Positions 37,907 through 48,895 of a DNA stretch of 64,000 nucleotides are shown here, in pieces. The stretch's first letter is position 1. Each line of letters starts with the position of its first letter. The notes under the pieces are model-generated. The model was given only the letters and a program-made list of their open reading frames with translations, had not been told where the DNA came from and did not search any database. The DNA lies in NCBI GenBank assembly GCA_942491805.1, contig CALOCG010000031.1, forward strand, positions 20,514 to 84,513, in the 5' to 3' direction. A program made the translations under genes and the position numbers. The stretch comes from Nitrospinota bacterium. Lineage in GTDB: Bacteria > Nitrospinota_A > UBA7883 > JADGGD01.

Positions 37907-39427
37907 ATGCGGGTTCTTGTTGTCGACGATATGGGTCCTATGCGACAGACGGTCAAGCGAGCGATGATCGGCTTGGGCGTCACCGACATTTCCCAAGCCA
38001 AAAACGGCAAAGAGGCGTGGGATATGATCATCACTTCTCACGACACGCCGAATCGGTATGACCTCGCTATCGTCGACTGGAACATGCTCCCGGTTCCCGG
38101 CATCGACCTTCTCAAACAGATCCGCGCCGACGAACGGGTGCGCGATCTTTGGTTCGTGATGCTGACCGCCGAGCAGTTGAAGGACAACATCATCGTCGCC
38201 ATTCAAGCCGGGGTCGACGAATATATCGTCAAACCGTTTACCCAAGGGGCGCTCAAAGAAAAGCTCGAACGGTTGACGGTGTTGAAACTGTCGCAGATCA
38301 AAAAAGATATCGACGCCGCCTTCGCCCGCCGCAAAGAAGAGAACCCCGGCGAACCTGCGTCCGACGACGAATACAAGGCGATGCGCGGACGGATTCTTAA
38401 ACTGGTCGAGCTTACCTCTTGGAGTCATGTGGCCCCTCTCTTTATGGGGCGCGTCTCGCTTCGCTACGGCAAACTCGACGAAGGGGAGAAGTGGCTTCGG
38501 ACCACGATCGCCCGCGATTTTGGGGTGGTGGAAGCCCACGATCTGTTGTCGAAAGTCTTGCGGAAGATGGGGAGGGTCGAAGCGTCGTTGGCCGAGCTGA
38601 CCGTCGCCTCCGTTGAGCGCCCGAAAGACGCCGGGCTGAAACGACGATTGGGCGAAGCGTTTCTGAAGGCAGGAAGGCTTGATGAAGCGGTGAAGACCCT
38701 CGACGAAGCGGTGCGCCTGACCGAGAAAGAGGGGAAGAACGGCCATAATCTCGCTATCGGGAAAAGCGCTCTTGGCGCCGCTTTAGTGGCCCATGGCGAA
38801 GCGACCGGCGATATGGCCGAAGAACGGGAGGGGGTCGCCGATCTCGAACAGGCGACGAGCGCCGATCCCGATCTTTTGGCCGCTCACTACAATCTCATGG
38901 TCGCCTATCGGAAGACCGGACAGCAAGAGGCGGCGGCCAAGGTCTTCGCGCGGGTCTCCGTCATGGAGCCTGACGACGCCGAAGGATGGCTCGCCTTAGG
39001 CCAGGCCTTCGCCGATCAGGAAGAAAAGGGAAAGGCCCTGTTCGCTTTCGGCAAAGCGGAAAGTTTGGCCGACGGCCGGTATGACGTCTACGAAACCATT
39101 GGGGTGGCCCTCCATCACGCCGGATGGGGAGAAGAGGCGCTCGACTGGCTCGCCAAAGCGGCCGAAATTAATCCCTCCTCGCTGGTTCCCTATAATCTCA
39201 GGGGGATGATCTACCGTCGCTCGGATCGCTATGGGCTGGCGGTGAAGGAATACGAGAAAGGGGTGGCCCTTGCGCCCGACGACGCCGGGTTGCGGTTCAA
39301 TCTGGGGGTCGCCTATTTCAAGTCGGGCCACGAAGAAAAAAGCGGCCCCTCTTTTGCGAAAGCCAAAGAACTCGATCCGACCATGACCGAGGTCGATAAT
39401 TATCTGGCGAAGCTCAAGGGGGTCTAA
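37907..39427 (+). CDS. response regulator receiver domain fused to TPR repeats
   Basis: CheY-like N-terminus (VLVVDD ... DLAIVDWNM ... IVKPF), followed by several TPR units. Confidence 0.85.
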   Translation: MRVLVVDDMGPMRQTVKRAMIGLGVTDISQAKNGKEAWDMIITSHDTPNRYDLAIVDWNMLPVPGIDLLKQIRADERVRDLWFVMLTAEQLKDNIIVAIQAGVDEYIVKPFTQGALKEKLERLTVLKLSQIKKDIDAAFARRKEENPGEPASDDEYKAMRGRILKLVELTSWSHVAPLFMGRVSLRYGKLDEGEKWLRTTIARDFGVVEAHDLLSKVLRKMGRVEASLAELTVASVERPKDAGLKRRLGEAFLKAGRLDEAVKTLDEAVRLTEKEGKNGHNLAIGKSALGAALVAHGEATGDMAEEREGVADLEQATSADPDLLAAHYNLMVAYRKTGQQEAAAKVFARVSVMEPDDAEGWLALGQAFADQEEKGKALFAFGKAESLADGRYDVYETIGVALHHAGWGEEALDWLAKAAEINPSSLVPYNLRGMIYRRSDRYGLAVKEYEKGVALAPDDAGLRFNLGVAYFKSGHEEKSGPSFAKAKELDPTMTEVDNYLAKLKGV

Positions 39428-40771
39428 TCCCCTTCGGGCGGCGCCACCGGCAGAGCGACCGTCAGGCGGGCGCCTGTGGTCGGTGACGCGTCGATGGTCA
39501 CCGAACCGCCGTGGGCTTGGCAGGCCATGGCGCAGAACGCCAGCCCGAGGCCGTATCCCCCCGCGTTCCCCCCCCCCTCGGCTTGTGCGAAAAGATCGAG
39601 AACCCGCTTCCGCTCGTCAGGAGGGATCCCCTCCCCCTCGTCGTCGACATGAAATCGCAGGCATTCCTCCTCGCTGGCGAGAGAGACGGTCACCTTCCCC
39701 CCAATGGGGAGTGGCGCAAGGCGTTGTCGAGTAGATTGGAGGCGATGCGGCGAACGACCCCTTCGTCGCCGGTCATCGGCGCGGTGTCGGGGCCGACATA
39801 GGCGAGGGTGATATCGTCATAGCGAGCGGATACGGCGAACTCCCGCACGAGGCCTTTCAGAAGCGCCGCAAGGTCGAAGGGGGCCACGGTCAAGTTCATC
39901 TTGCCGCTCTGGATGCGATAGCTGTCCAACGACGACTTGATCATGTCGAAAAGCCGTTCCCCCCCGAATCGGGAGAGTTCCACCAGTTCTTTTCCTTCGT
40001 CGGTGAGGGGGGTTTCGGCCAGCGCCGAGAGGTTGGAGAGAATAAGCGCCAGCGGGTTTTTGAGGTCGTGGACCATCATGAACATCAGGCGCTCTTTGAG
40101 CGTCTCTTGCTCCTTGGCTTCGCTGAGGTTTTTGAGCGCCGAGTCGAGCTCTTCCCGCTGCGCCGCCGACCGGGCGGCGAGTCGACGGGTTTCGGCGTTT
40201 TTGTTCAGCTTGGCCATCTTCACCGCCACTGCCGCCAAAGCGCCGTCGAGGGAGCTGGTTTCGTGGGCGAAGAGCGGATGGGCGCCGGTGATGCCCGAGA
40301 CGTTCAACACCGCCAGCACGGTCCCGTCGACACCGGTGATGGGGAAGGAACAGAAAATGTCGGTCGGATACTCTTCTTTCTGCCGATCGTTCTCGGTGGG
40401 ATTGATCTGGCCGATATCGGAGAAGTAGAACGGCTTTTTAGTGCGGATCACCTGCGCGCTGACCGATTCCCCCCCCGGGTCGATGGTCTGGCCGAGGCTC
40501 TCCGGGCGGTAGCCGCCGACTGCCGCCGCCACCTGCCATACCCCCCCTTTTGTTTGAGGACCAGCGAGGCCGACGTTCCGTCGAGGAGTCCTTGCAACAC
40601 GGCGAGGATTTCTTCGAGCGCTCGCCTTGTCGAAGCGCCCGACGAACTGTCGATGGCGACCAATGCGTCGCGGGCCGCCACCTGCAAACGCCAGAAGGAC
40701 CGCTCGTCCATAGTTTCCCCCGCGTGGTCTTGTCGGGCCAGACGGATAAAACGTTCGACGTGGTCGTTCAT
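39424..40771 (-). pseudogene. GAF-domain sensor histidine kinase, frame interrupted twice (possible artefact)
   Basis: It is split over three ORFs (40448..40825, 39690..40532, 39424..39693). These contain the GAF region, the H-box MMVHDLKNPLALI, and the ATPase G-boxes DEGEGIP / GGYGLGLAFC. Switches are at the C7 run 40541-40547 and the C6 run 39697-39702. Likely start is ATG 40769-40771 (MNDHVERF). Confidence 0.85.
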
Positions 40772-40872
40772 AAGGTTCCTTTGAGGATGGCGAACGGTAG
40801 AAAAAGCCACTCCAGAATAGCGCAAAAGCCTACCGGCGGGATAGAATCAAGCGACTGCAAAAAGGGGAAATA

Positions 40873-42051
40873 ATGGGGCGGTTGACGGTGATTGCGCCGG
40901 TGAAAGGGGAAGAGGCGATGACCGAGCTGACCTTGCGGTCGCTTCGCGCCTTCTGCGGCGGCGCCGTCGGTCGGGTGATGGTGGTCGATAACAGCCCGGA
41001 TAACGCCACCCGTAAGCGACTCGACGCCCTGCGATGGTCGGCGGTCGAACGGGTCGTCGGGGCGCCCGACCTTTCTTTCTCGGCAGCCTGCAACCGGGGG
41101 GCCGACGAGGCCGACGAGGGGACGTTGCTTTTTCTCAATAACGACGTCGAGAGTCGGGCCGACTGGCTGACCCCTCTGCGTGCGCTTCATCGTGAGACCG
41201 GCGCCCTCGTCTCGGCGACGCTGACCTATCCCGACGGTCGCTTACAACACGCCGGAGAGGCTCTCCCGATGTGGGGGAACCCGTTCATACTCGGCGACGG
41301 CGGCGATGTCAACGATTCGCGTTATAGCGGTGTTCGCCGACGATGGGCCGCTATCGCCGCGCTTCTCCTCATCGACCGCTCTCTCTTTGAGGAGGTCGGA
41401 GGGTTCGAAGAAGGGTATCGGTTCGGCCTTGAGGATGTCGATCTCTGCCTGAAAGCCGGTGAGGCGGGGCGCCCGACGTTGGTGGCGGCCCGCACGGGGA
41501 TTATCCATCACACTTCGCAAACGGTGACGAAACTCCCCACGGCGGAGCGACAGGCGACGGTGGCGGCCAACAACACCCGATTCGCCGAACGATGGGGGGG
41601 GATGATCGAAGAACGGCAGGCGGTCTATTGCGAAGGGCTGCGGACACGGGGGGTCGAGCGATTGGTCATCGCCGGGGCGGGACGGGCCGCCGCCATGGCG
41701 GGGGGCGTTCTTGTTCGCCACGGCCTGACGGTGGCAGGTTATCTTGACGATACCGAGGCGGTACTTCCCGACGATGCGCCGGAAGCGCCGATGGTCGGGT
41801 ACGACGACGCGAAACGGCTCGGCGCCGACGCGATCCTCCCGGCTTCGGGGGGCGTTGGCCGCTATCGAAGCCAAACTGATGAACGCCGGGATAATGTCGA
41901 TGATGATCGACCCCGAGCTACCTCCCGGCTGAGGGAATCGTATTGCCACCATTACGGCGGGGTTGATAGACTGTCGGGATCGACGACCTTTTCTCTTCGA
42001 CGACACAACCCTCAGCCCTTCGAGGACGATGAACGAACCGACCTCTCCTGA
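40873..42051 (+). CDS. family 2 glycosyltransferase with C-terminal Rossmann-like extension (the 3' end may really finish at 41932 in another frame)
   Basis: VIAPVKGEEAMTELTLRSL...VVDNSPDN...LLFLNNDV...GFEEGYRFGLEDVDLCLK is a GT2 (GT-A, DxD) pattern. After the G6 run 41847-41852 the listed frame becomes Arg/Asp-rich with weak third-position G+C. The alternative frame reads GALAAIEAKLMNAGIMSMMIDPELPPG-stop. Confidence 0.7.
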   Translation: MGRLTVIAPVKGEEAMTELTLRSLRAFCGGAVGRVMVVDNSPDNATRKRLDALRWSAVERVVGAPDLSFSAACNRGADEADEGTLLFLNNDVESRADWLTPLRALHRETGALVSATLTYPDGRLQHAGEALPMWGNPFILGDGGDVNDSRYSGVRRRWAAIAALLLIDRSLFEEVGGFEEGYRFGLEDVDLCLKAGEAGRPTLVAARTGIIHHTSQTVTKLPTAERQATVAANNTRFAERWGGMIEERQAVYCEGLRTRGVERLVIAGAGRAAAMAGGVLVRHGLTVAGYLDDTEAVLPDDAPEAPMVGYDDAKRLGADAILPASGGVGRYRSQTDERRDNVDDDRPRATSRLRESYCHHYGGVDRLSGSTTFSLRRHNPQPFEDDERTDLS

Positions 42052-44962
42052 TGACATTCCCGGCCTTTCTCTCGAACGGTCGATCCCTCTCACAGGCATT
42101 CCCGAAGCGGCGCCGGTCTCCTTTCGCTCTTTGATTGTCGATGGCGACGGTCGCTTCTGGACCACCGACGAGTTCAACCATCGGATTCTCGTCTTTTCTC
42201 CCGACGGGGTATGCGAACGGGTGGTCGGTGGACAGGGGAGTGGCGAAGGCCAGTTCTGGTATCCGGCCGGGATGGCCCTTGTCGGTGACGAAATATGGGT
42301 CTGCGATAGCTGGAACCACCGGGTCCAACGGTTCGCTCTCGATGGATCGTTCGTCGGCACGTTCGGCTCCATTGGAGCCGACGACCATCAGTTCGACGAA
42401 CCGGTGGCGGTGGCTCCGTTACCCGACGGTCGCGTGGCCATTCTCGACCGGGGGAACTGCCGCATTCGGGTGGTCGACCGTCAGGGAAAACCTCTTGCGA
42501 CCTGGGGCGAACGGGGGACGTGGAGCCTCGACCGAGATGGGGTGACCGAAGCGATCATCGCCGACGGGGTGAAAGGGATGGTGGGAGATACCCCTCTCCT
42601 GCAATTTCCCATGGATATGGTCGCCTGCCGCGAAGGGCTTTTGATCGCCGATACGTGTAACCATCGGCTGATGACTGTTTCTTTTGAGGGGACGGCGCTT
42701 GACGTCTATCCCGGTCAGCCTTTGGAGTGGCCGAATAGGGTGACATCGTTGAGCGATAATCTTTGGCTCATCGGGGGGATCAACATTCCTTCTTCCCTTT
42801 TTGATCATCACGAGCGTCATCGGCTTGAAACGACGACAAACTCGGGGGTGAGGATCATCTCTGCTGTCCCGAGAGGTGACGGTAATGTGGTCTGTGTTGC
42901 GGAAGGGGAAATGTCTTTCGCCAGCTACCATATTGATGAATATCTGGCTTCGTCTTCTCCACCGAAAGGAGAACGAGAGCTCCTTTCACTGGAAGGGTGG
43001 GCGATGACGATCGCGCCCGTTCAAGCGGCTTGGCTTTTATCTCGAGTGGGAGATGCGACGTTCGAAGAAGTGACGGTCGCATTCATTGCGCGAGTTGAAG
43101 AGGCTTGCGTCGGTTTGTCTAAAAGCATAACCGAAGGCCAGGCCCACTGGATGAATCTGTTGGTTCAGAGAATGCAGGCGCGCGTTCGAAGGTTGCGAAG
43201 CCCCTTGGGTTCCTCCGATGAGGAGGAGGCGAAAGCATTCTTGACGCAAACGGCGCTTAGTCTTGATACATTGCGATCGGACAACGAGATACAAAATGCG
43301 CTGTTTGCTCTGCTGATTGCACTGATGGGGCGACTGGGAAAATCGTGGCCTCAAGAATCACGTCCCCATGTCATGGCGGTGAACATGGGGCATCGACTGG
43401 ATGAGGATATATCCTCAGTGCGGAGCGAATTTGAAAAGACCGTCGAAATCTTGAAGCGAAACTTGGAGAACCCGGCGACGCTCTCACTGGAAGTGGGAAT
43501 TCACGCCACCGCTGGAATGGTATTCCTCGCCGACGCTGAGCGACGATTAGTTCGACTATTCGATGCGCTACCGGGAGCGCTTCTTCGTGAATCGACGATC
43601 TCTTTAGACCCTATTCTGGAAATTGAGCGAGGTTCCGTTCTCTTGGAGAATTTGGAGAGCAGAATCCTTAGCGTTCTGATCGTGATGTGCGGAGAGGAGA
43701 AGAGAACCGAATCAATCGTCACTCTTTGCCGATTCGCCCTTTCTCTTTGGAATGTGAAGGCGACGTATGTGGCTCGGGATGGCGCTCTACTACTCTCGGA
43801 GTTGGGCGAACATGAAAAGGGGATAGCCCTTTTGGAAGAAGCTCTCCGATGCGACCCGAAAGACCAGATTGCGCTATTCCAATTGGCGAAATTATCTCGG
43901 GACGTCAATGCGACGTCGGTCTATCGTTCGGCGGTTGAGCGAATTCAAAGTCGAGGGAATCCCGACGCTAGGGCGTTAGCCGCCTTGTTCGGAACGCTCG
44001 ACGCTCTTGACGCCGAGGATGGCGCCCTAGCGGTCGAACGGATGATGCCGTTGCTTGAGCCAGAGGTGGCGCAGACAACGCCGGAGGGGAGGCATTGCGC
44101 GTTGCTTATGCAAGCGGCAGGGAAAGCTTTCTCGTTGGGGCTGGTTCCGCTGGCGAGAGTCCTCTACCGGCGGTTGAAACGGAAGCAAACGATGGCAGGA
44201 GTCGTCGGGGAGGGGAACGCCCTTTTCCTGATGGGATACAACGAGGAGGTGATCTCATTAGTGGACGACTCGTTGAGCGCGACCAACGCTCGAGCGGCGA
44301 TGCTGAAAACTGACGCATTGTTGGTTAGCGGTAGAATAGGGGAAGCGGAAAAACTTTGGCGTGCGTCTCGTGAAACGATGTCCTCATGGCCGACCGATTA
44401 TCTGATTAAGGGGGCTCAAATCGACTTGGCGGCAGGTCTACTCGGGGAGGCTCTCGCGAAAGTAGAAAACGCTTCTGACGTAACGGCAAAGGATCCTAAA
44501 ACGCTTGGTTGGCGAGCCCTCCTCTTGTGTCTATTGGATGATGAGCGATTGAGCGACGTCGTAGCGGAGATCGTAGAGGGGCCGCGCGGGGGAACTATCC
44601 AAACGGTGCTTTCTCGTTTCCAGTCGCGACCACCGGTCCCCCCCTTGGCTCCTGCTGGCGCCGGCGGACCGATGGCGTTCCGTTTACGATTTGAACGAGC
44701 ATTGGCGGTGGCGTTCGCCGATCCCGAAGAGTGGGACTCTGCGCTATCGTTGGTTATCGAGGCGGCCTTGGATCGCCCCTACACGTCTTTCCCGACGCTT
44801 ACGCCGGAGAAAGATCGCGCCAGACTCGAAGAGCGCCTCGCCGAGATGGCGGAACGTCTGAAAAGTGGGGGGATTCTCCTTTCGTATACCGCTTGCGGAA
44901 GCGTGATGTATTGGATCAATACGAGCCCTCTCGATAAACGGGGCGACCTTCTCGACCAATAG
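42029..44962 (+). CDS. NHL-repeat beta-propeller protein with long all-helical / TPR-like C-terminal region
   Basis: NHL units occur in the first ~280 residues (NHRILVFSPDG, GQFWYPAGMAL, NHRVQRFALDGSF, HQFDEPVAVAP, NCRIRVVDRQG, NHRLMTVSFEG). About 690 helical residues with TPR-like stretches follow. Start ATG 42029 (MNEPTSP) comes after GAGGAC. Confidence 0.65.
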   Translation: MNEPTSPDDIPGLSLERSIPLTGIPEAAPVSFRSLIVDGDGRFWTTDEFNHRILVFSPDGVCERVVGGQGSGEGQFWYPAGMALVGDEIWVCDSWNHRVQRFALDGSFVGTFGSIGADDHQFDEPVAVAPLPDGRVAILDRGNCRIRVVDRQGKPLATWGERGTWSLDRDGVTEAIIADGVKGMVGDTPLLQFPMDMVACREGLLIADTCNHRLMTVSFEGTALDVYPGQPLEWPNRVTSLSDNLWLIGGINIPSSLFDHHERHRLETTTNSGVRIISAVPRGDGNVVCVAEGEMSFASYHIDEYLASSSPPKGERELLSLEGWAMTIAPVQAAWLLSRVGDATFEEVTVAFIARVEEACVGLSKSITEGQAHWMNLLVQRMQARVRRLRSPLGSSDEEEAKAFLTQTALSLDTLRSDNEIQNALFALLIALMGRLGKSWPQESRPHVMAVNMGHRLDEDISSVRSEFEKTVEILKRNLENPATLSLEVGIHATAGMVFLADAERRLVRLFDALPGALLRESTISLDPILEIERGSVLLENLESRILSVLIVMCGEEKRTESIVTLCRFALSLWNVKATYVARDGALLLSELGEHEKGIALLEEALRCDPKDQIALFQLAKLSRDVNATSVYRSAVERIQSRGNPDARALAALFGTLDALDAEDGALAVERMMPLLEPEVAQTTPEGRHCALLMQAAGKAFSLGLVPLARVLYRRLKRKQTMAGVVGEGNALFLMGYNEEVISLVDDSLSATNARAAMLKTDALLVSGRIGEAEKLWRASRETMSSWPTDYLIKGAQIDLAAGLLGEALAKVENASDVTAKDPKTLGWRALLLCLLDDERLSDVVAEIVEGPRGGTIQTVLSRFQSRPPVPPLAPAGAGGPMAFRLRFERALAVAFADPEEWDSALSLVIEAALDRPYTSFPTLTPEKDRARLEERLAEMAERLKSGGILLSYTACGSVMYWINTSPLDKRGDLLDQ

Positions 44963-45244
44963 CGCCGCCGGTGGGAAGTCCTCAGACCATGCGGAGAGGC
45001 GGATGCTATACTTCTTTCCTTGTGAGCCGCATCGACTTGGGTTGTTTTGGGTAAAGTATCGCCCAGCAAACGCCGATAAGGAGTTGTAGCCCTCTCTCTG
45101 TAATGGTTGCTTTGTGGGGCTTTGGCCCACCAGCAGGGGGCGTAAGGGTTGTCGAGGCGGGTGAAAGCCAGAGGCGCAGAATCTGTTCGACTTTCCGAAA
45201 CGGAGTTCGGAAGGCCGCCTAAACGTATGTAAGCGGGAAATCAT

Positions 45245-46477
45245 ATGTCGCAAAAGGTGTTGATCTTGGGGGGTGACGGTTTTTGTGGTTGGCCCACCGC
45301 ACTGCATCTGTCGCAACGGGGGTGGGACGTCACCATTGTCGATAATCTTTCCCGGCGAAAGATAGATGTGGAACTTGAGTGCGAGTCGCTTACGCCGATT
45401 CATCCCATCCATGCCCGTCTTGCCGCTTGGAAAAAAGTGTCGGGCAAAGATATTGAGTTCCACTTGCTCGATATCGCCGAAGATTATGACCGGCTGTTGG
45501 AGCTAATTCGGACGGTGGAGCCGGACGCGATCGTTCATTTCGCAGAGCAACGGTCGGCCCCCTATTCCATGAAGAGCAGCGCGAGCAAGCGGTATACCGT
45601 CGGGAACAATATCAACGCGACCAACAATGTTTTGTGCGCAATTGTTGAGTCGGGTAAGGACATTCACGTCGTTCATCTCGGCACCATGGGCGTCTACGGA
45701 TACGGGTCGGCTGGATTTAAAATCCCGGAAGGATACATCACCGTGCGGGTGGAGGGTGAGGGCGAAGCCATGGGCGTCCGACAACAGATCATGTATCCTC
45801 CCGATCCCGGTAGCATCTATCACATGACCAAAACGCAAGACGCCCTTCTGTTCTACTACTACAACAAGAACGACAAGATCCGGGTCACCGACCTACATCA
45901 GGGGGTTGTCTGGGGAACCAACACCGAAGAGACCATGATGGATGAGGTGTTGATCAACCGATTCGACTACGACGGCGACTATGGGACGGTCCTGAACCGC
46001 TTTCTCATGCAAGCGGCCGTGGGGCATCCTCTTACCGTTCACGGTAGCGGAGGCCAGACCCGGGCGTTTATTCATATCCGAGACAGTGTTCGATGCGTCG
46101 AGTTGGCGCTCGAAACCCCGCCGGAAAAGGGGGAGCGGGTTCGGATCTTTAATCAGATGACCGAAACCCATACCGTTTTGGAGCTGGCCAACAAAGTTAG
46201 CGGTCTTGCGGGAGGCGAATTGTCGTTCCTCCCTAACCCCCGGAATGAAGCGGCGAATAACTCTCTCCACGTGGAGAACGCCTGTCTCTTGGAATTGGGG
46301 CTGAAACCAACCAAACTAGCCGATCCGTTGCTGGAAAGAGAAGTCGAGTTAGCGAAGCGATTCGCGCAACGGTGCGACCGGTCGAAGATACTCTGCACCT
46401 CATTGTGGCATCGACAGGATGCGGTCAAAAAGAGTCCCTCCCCGTCTGATGCGCCTCTCTCCTCCCGGGTGTCATGA
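45245..46477 (+). CDS. sqdB: UDP-sulfoquinovose synthase (SQD1/SqdB family)
   Basis: 410 aa. LILGGDGFCGWPTALHL, SIYHMTKTQD and LINRFDYDGDYGTVLNRF are the hallmark motifs of SQD1/SqdB within the SDR superfamily. Confidence 0.9.
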   Translation: MSQKVLILGGDGFCGWPTALHLSQRGWDVTIVDNLSRRKIDVELECESLTPIHPIHARLAAWKKVSGKDIEFHLLDIAEDYDRLLELIRTVEPDAIVHFAEQRSAPYSMKSSASKRYTVGNNINATNNVLCAIVESGKDIHVVHLGTMGVYGYGSAGFKIPEGYITVRVEGEGEAMGVRQQIMYPPDPGSIYHMTKTQDALLFYYYNKNDKIRVTDLHQGVVWGTNTEETMMDEVLINRFDYDGDYGTVLNRFLMQAAVGHPLTVHGSGGQTRAFIHIRDSVRCVELALETPPEKGERVRIFNQMTETHTVLELANKVSGLAGGELSFLPNPRNEAANNSLHVENACLLELGLKPTKLADPLLEREVELAKRFAQRCDRSKILCTSLWHRQDAVKKSPSPSDAPLSSRVS

Positions 46478-48840
46478 CACATCAGGGCGGGAAACCGAAG
46501 GTTCTTTTTGTCCTTTCCGACGTGGTTGGGCCGGTACGTAACGGAGGGATCGGGACCGCCTACACCGCTCTTGCGCTGGAACTCGCTCGTGCCGGGCAGG
46601 AGGTTACGATCCTCTATGCTCTGGGCGACCATTGCGAAGATGCGTCTATCGAGCATTGGCGAAGGGAGTATCAAGAGCGGGGGATTCATTTTGAGCCTCT
46701 CCACTCCCGTCAACCCCTCGAAGCTCATGTCAACCGGCTGGCTCAAAGGTCGTACGACGTTTACGAGTGGATCAAAGGGCGTCACTACGACATCGTCCAT
46801 TTCCATGAATGGCAAGGGAACGGTTACTACCCACTCATGGGGAAAAAACTGGGACTCTGCCTGACGGAGGCGAAAGTCTGCGTCGGGATTCATAGCCCCA
46901 CGTTGTGGAACCTAGAGGGAAACAAGCGGTTTGTTTCGCGCTTGGAAGAACTCGAAGCCGACCACATGGAACGGAAAAGCGCCGAATGGGCCGATCTGGT
47001 CTGGTCGGCGAGCGATTACATGATCGACTACGTGACGCGACGGTCGTGGCGTCTTCCCAAGGAGCGAATCGGCGGTCACTATATTCTGCCGACGGTGAAG
47101 GAAGCGGCCCCCTTTCATCCGGCTCCTCGCCCGGTTCGTGAGCTGGTATTCTTCGGTCGTCTTGACGTCCGCAAAGGGTTGACCCTCTTTTGTGACGCGG
47201 TGGACGCCTTGGAGCGGCAAGGGCAAGACGATTTCACCGTCACCTTTCTCGGGAAGCGGGCGCGGGTGTTCGGGGTCGATAGTGAAGAATATATTCGGGA
47301 ACGGGCGCGGTCGTGGCGTGTCGAATGGAAAATGGAGTATCGATTCGGCGATGAAGCGTTCGCCTACCTAAAAGAGGAAGGGCGTATGGCGGTACTTCCC
47401 TCCCTGGTCGACAATATGCCGCTGACCGTTCTCGAATGTGTTCACTTAGGGCTCCCTTTCATCGCCGCCCGCACCGGTGGCATCCCCGAGAGTATCCAGG
47501 AAGAGGACCGGGAGGCGAATCTTTTCGAGCCGACAATCAAAGGGCTTGCCGAGAAGATCAGAGGAGCGTTGGATCAGGGCGTTTCGATGGTCCGGGCGAT
47601 GACGCCGTTGGCCGAAAATCGGGCCGCATGGGTTCGGTGGCATGAGACGACCATCGCCACAACGGGCTCCTCGACCTCAACAAGCGGGGACGACCTGCCG
47701 TTGATTTCGGTCTGCGTGACCCATTTCGACCGGCCCGGCTATTTGGCTCAAGCGCTCGACTCCTTGCGCAAGCAGACCTATCCGAACATAGAGGTCATCG
47801 TCGTCGACGATGGTAGTCCTTCTGTCGAAGCCCAGCGATATCTCAACGAACTTGAGCCGGAGTTTGAACGGCGCGGCTGGAGGGTGCTACGCCAGGAGAA
47901 CCGTTTCCACGGTGCGGCCCGCAACAACGCCGCGTCGATAGCCCGGGGCGAATACATTATGTTCATGGACGACGACAATGTGGCTAAACCCCACGAAGTG
48001 GAGTTGTTCGTGCGGGCCGCTCGTTTCTCCGGGGCTGACATCGTCACTTGTTTTCTCGACACCTTCTCCACCGAGTTCCCGCCGGAAAGCGAGTTTGACC
48101 GGGTTTTCAGATGGCCCTTTCTGGGGCCTTCCCCGTCGGTGGCTCTTTTCAAAAACTGTATTGGCGACACCAACGCCCTTGTCCGCAGAACCACGTTCAA
48201 ACAATTGGGGGGATTTCACGAACAATACGGGGTGGGGCACGAAGACTGGGAGTTTTACGTCAAGGCGCTACTGGCCGATTGCGTGGTCTTCACCATGCCC
48301 GAAGCGCTGGTTTGGTATCGACGAAGCGAGGCGAGTCAGACCCGTCGCAAATCCAAGCATTATGACAATCACATGCGGCACATTCTCCCCTACTTGGAGG
48401 CGGTCCCTCCTTCGCTAAAGAACGTGATCCTCTTCGCTCATGGGCAGCTTACGCCACAGATATCCGCTTCTCCCTCGGCGTCGGCGCCCGGAACGTCCTC
48501 CACCTTGTCGCCGCTAGACCATGTCAGAAAGGTGGCCATCTATGGCGCGGGGTCGGGAGGGGGGAAAGCTTTAGGCCTGGTCGGTCGCTTCGGCTGGGAG
48601 GTGGTCATGGTGGTCGATGGTTCGCAAGAACGTTGGGGAGAGCGCTGGCACGAGTATGAGATTCAGCCTCCCGAAAATATTGTGACCGGAGGCGTCGATC
48701 TCGTTATCGTTTCCTCCACGACGGGGCGACTTGCCATAGAGCGAAAACTCGAGTCCATAGGCCTCGTGCGGGGAAAAGACTTCCGCTATTTCCTTGAGAC
48801 GTTCACCTTCGAGGATCACGAGGTAAGGATTCGCCTTTAG
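46474..48840 (+). CDS. multidomain glycosyltransferase: GT4 (GT-B) + GT2 (GT-A) + C-terminal Rossmann-like module
   Basis: ATGA overlap with sqdB. GT4 part: NGGIGTAYTALALELARAG ... PSLVDNMPLTVLECVHLGLPFIAARTGGIPE. GT2 part: ISVCVTHFDRPGYLAQALDSLRKQTYPNIEVIVVDDGS ... FMDDDN. C-terminus: VAIYGAGSGGGKALG. Confidence 0.75.
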   Translation: MTHQGGKPKVLFVLSDVVGPVRNGGIGTAYTALALELARAGQEVTILYALGDHCEDASIEHWRREYQERGIHFEPLHSRQPLEAHVNRLAQRSYDVYEWIKGRHYDIVHFHEWQGNGYYPLMGKKLGLCLTEAKVCVGIHSPTLWNLEGNKRFVSRLEELEADHMERKSAEWADLVWSASDYMIDYVTRRSWRLPKERIGGHYILPTVKEAAPFHPAPRPVRELVFFGRLDVRKGLTLFCDAVDALERQGQDDFTVTFLGKRARVFGVDSEEYIRERARSWRVEWKMEYRFGDEAFAYLKEEGRMAVLPSLVDNMPLTVLECVHLGLPFIAARTGGIPESIQEEDREANLFEPTIKGLAEKIRGALDQGVSMVRAMTPLAENRAAWVRWHETTIATTGSSTSTSGDDLPLISVCVTHFDRPGYLAQALDSLRKQTYPNIEVIVVDDGSPSVEAQRYLNELEPEFERRGWRVLRQENRFHGAARNNAASIARGEYIMFMDDDNVAKPHEVELFVRAARFSGADIVTCFLDTFSTEFPPESEFDRVFRWPFLGPSPSVALFKNCIGDTNALVRRTTFKQLGGFHEQYGVGHEDWEFYVKALLADCVVFTMPEALVWYRRSEASQTRRKSKHYDNHMRHILPYLEAVPPSLKNVILFAHGQLTPQISASPSASAPGTSSTLSPLDHVRKVAIYGAGSGGGKALGLVGRFGWEVVMVVDGSQERWGERWHEYEIQPPENIVTGGVDLVIVSSTTGRLAIERKLESIGLVRGKDFRYFLETFTFEDHEVRIRL

Positions 48841-48895
48841 CCTCCCAGACTATCCGCATGGCGCCAGCGCATTGAGAGTGGGATATTCAGACACT

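Noticed and set aside
41242-42372. 376-aa and 156-aa minus-strand ORFs
   Set aside because: Antisense to the GT2 gene and the start of the NHL protein. No motifs, and Arg/Pro/Ser-rich.
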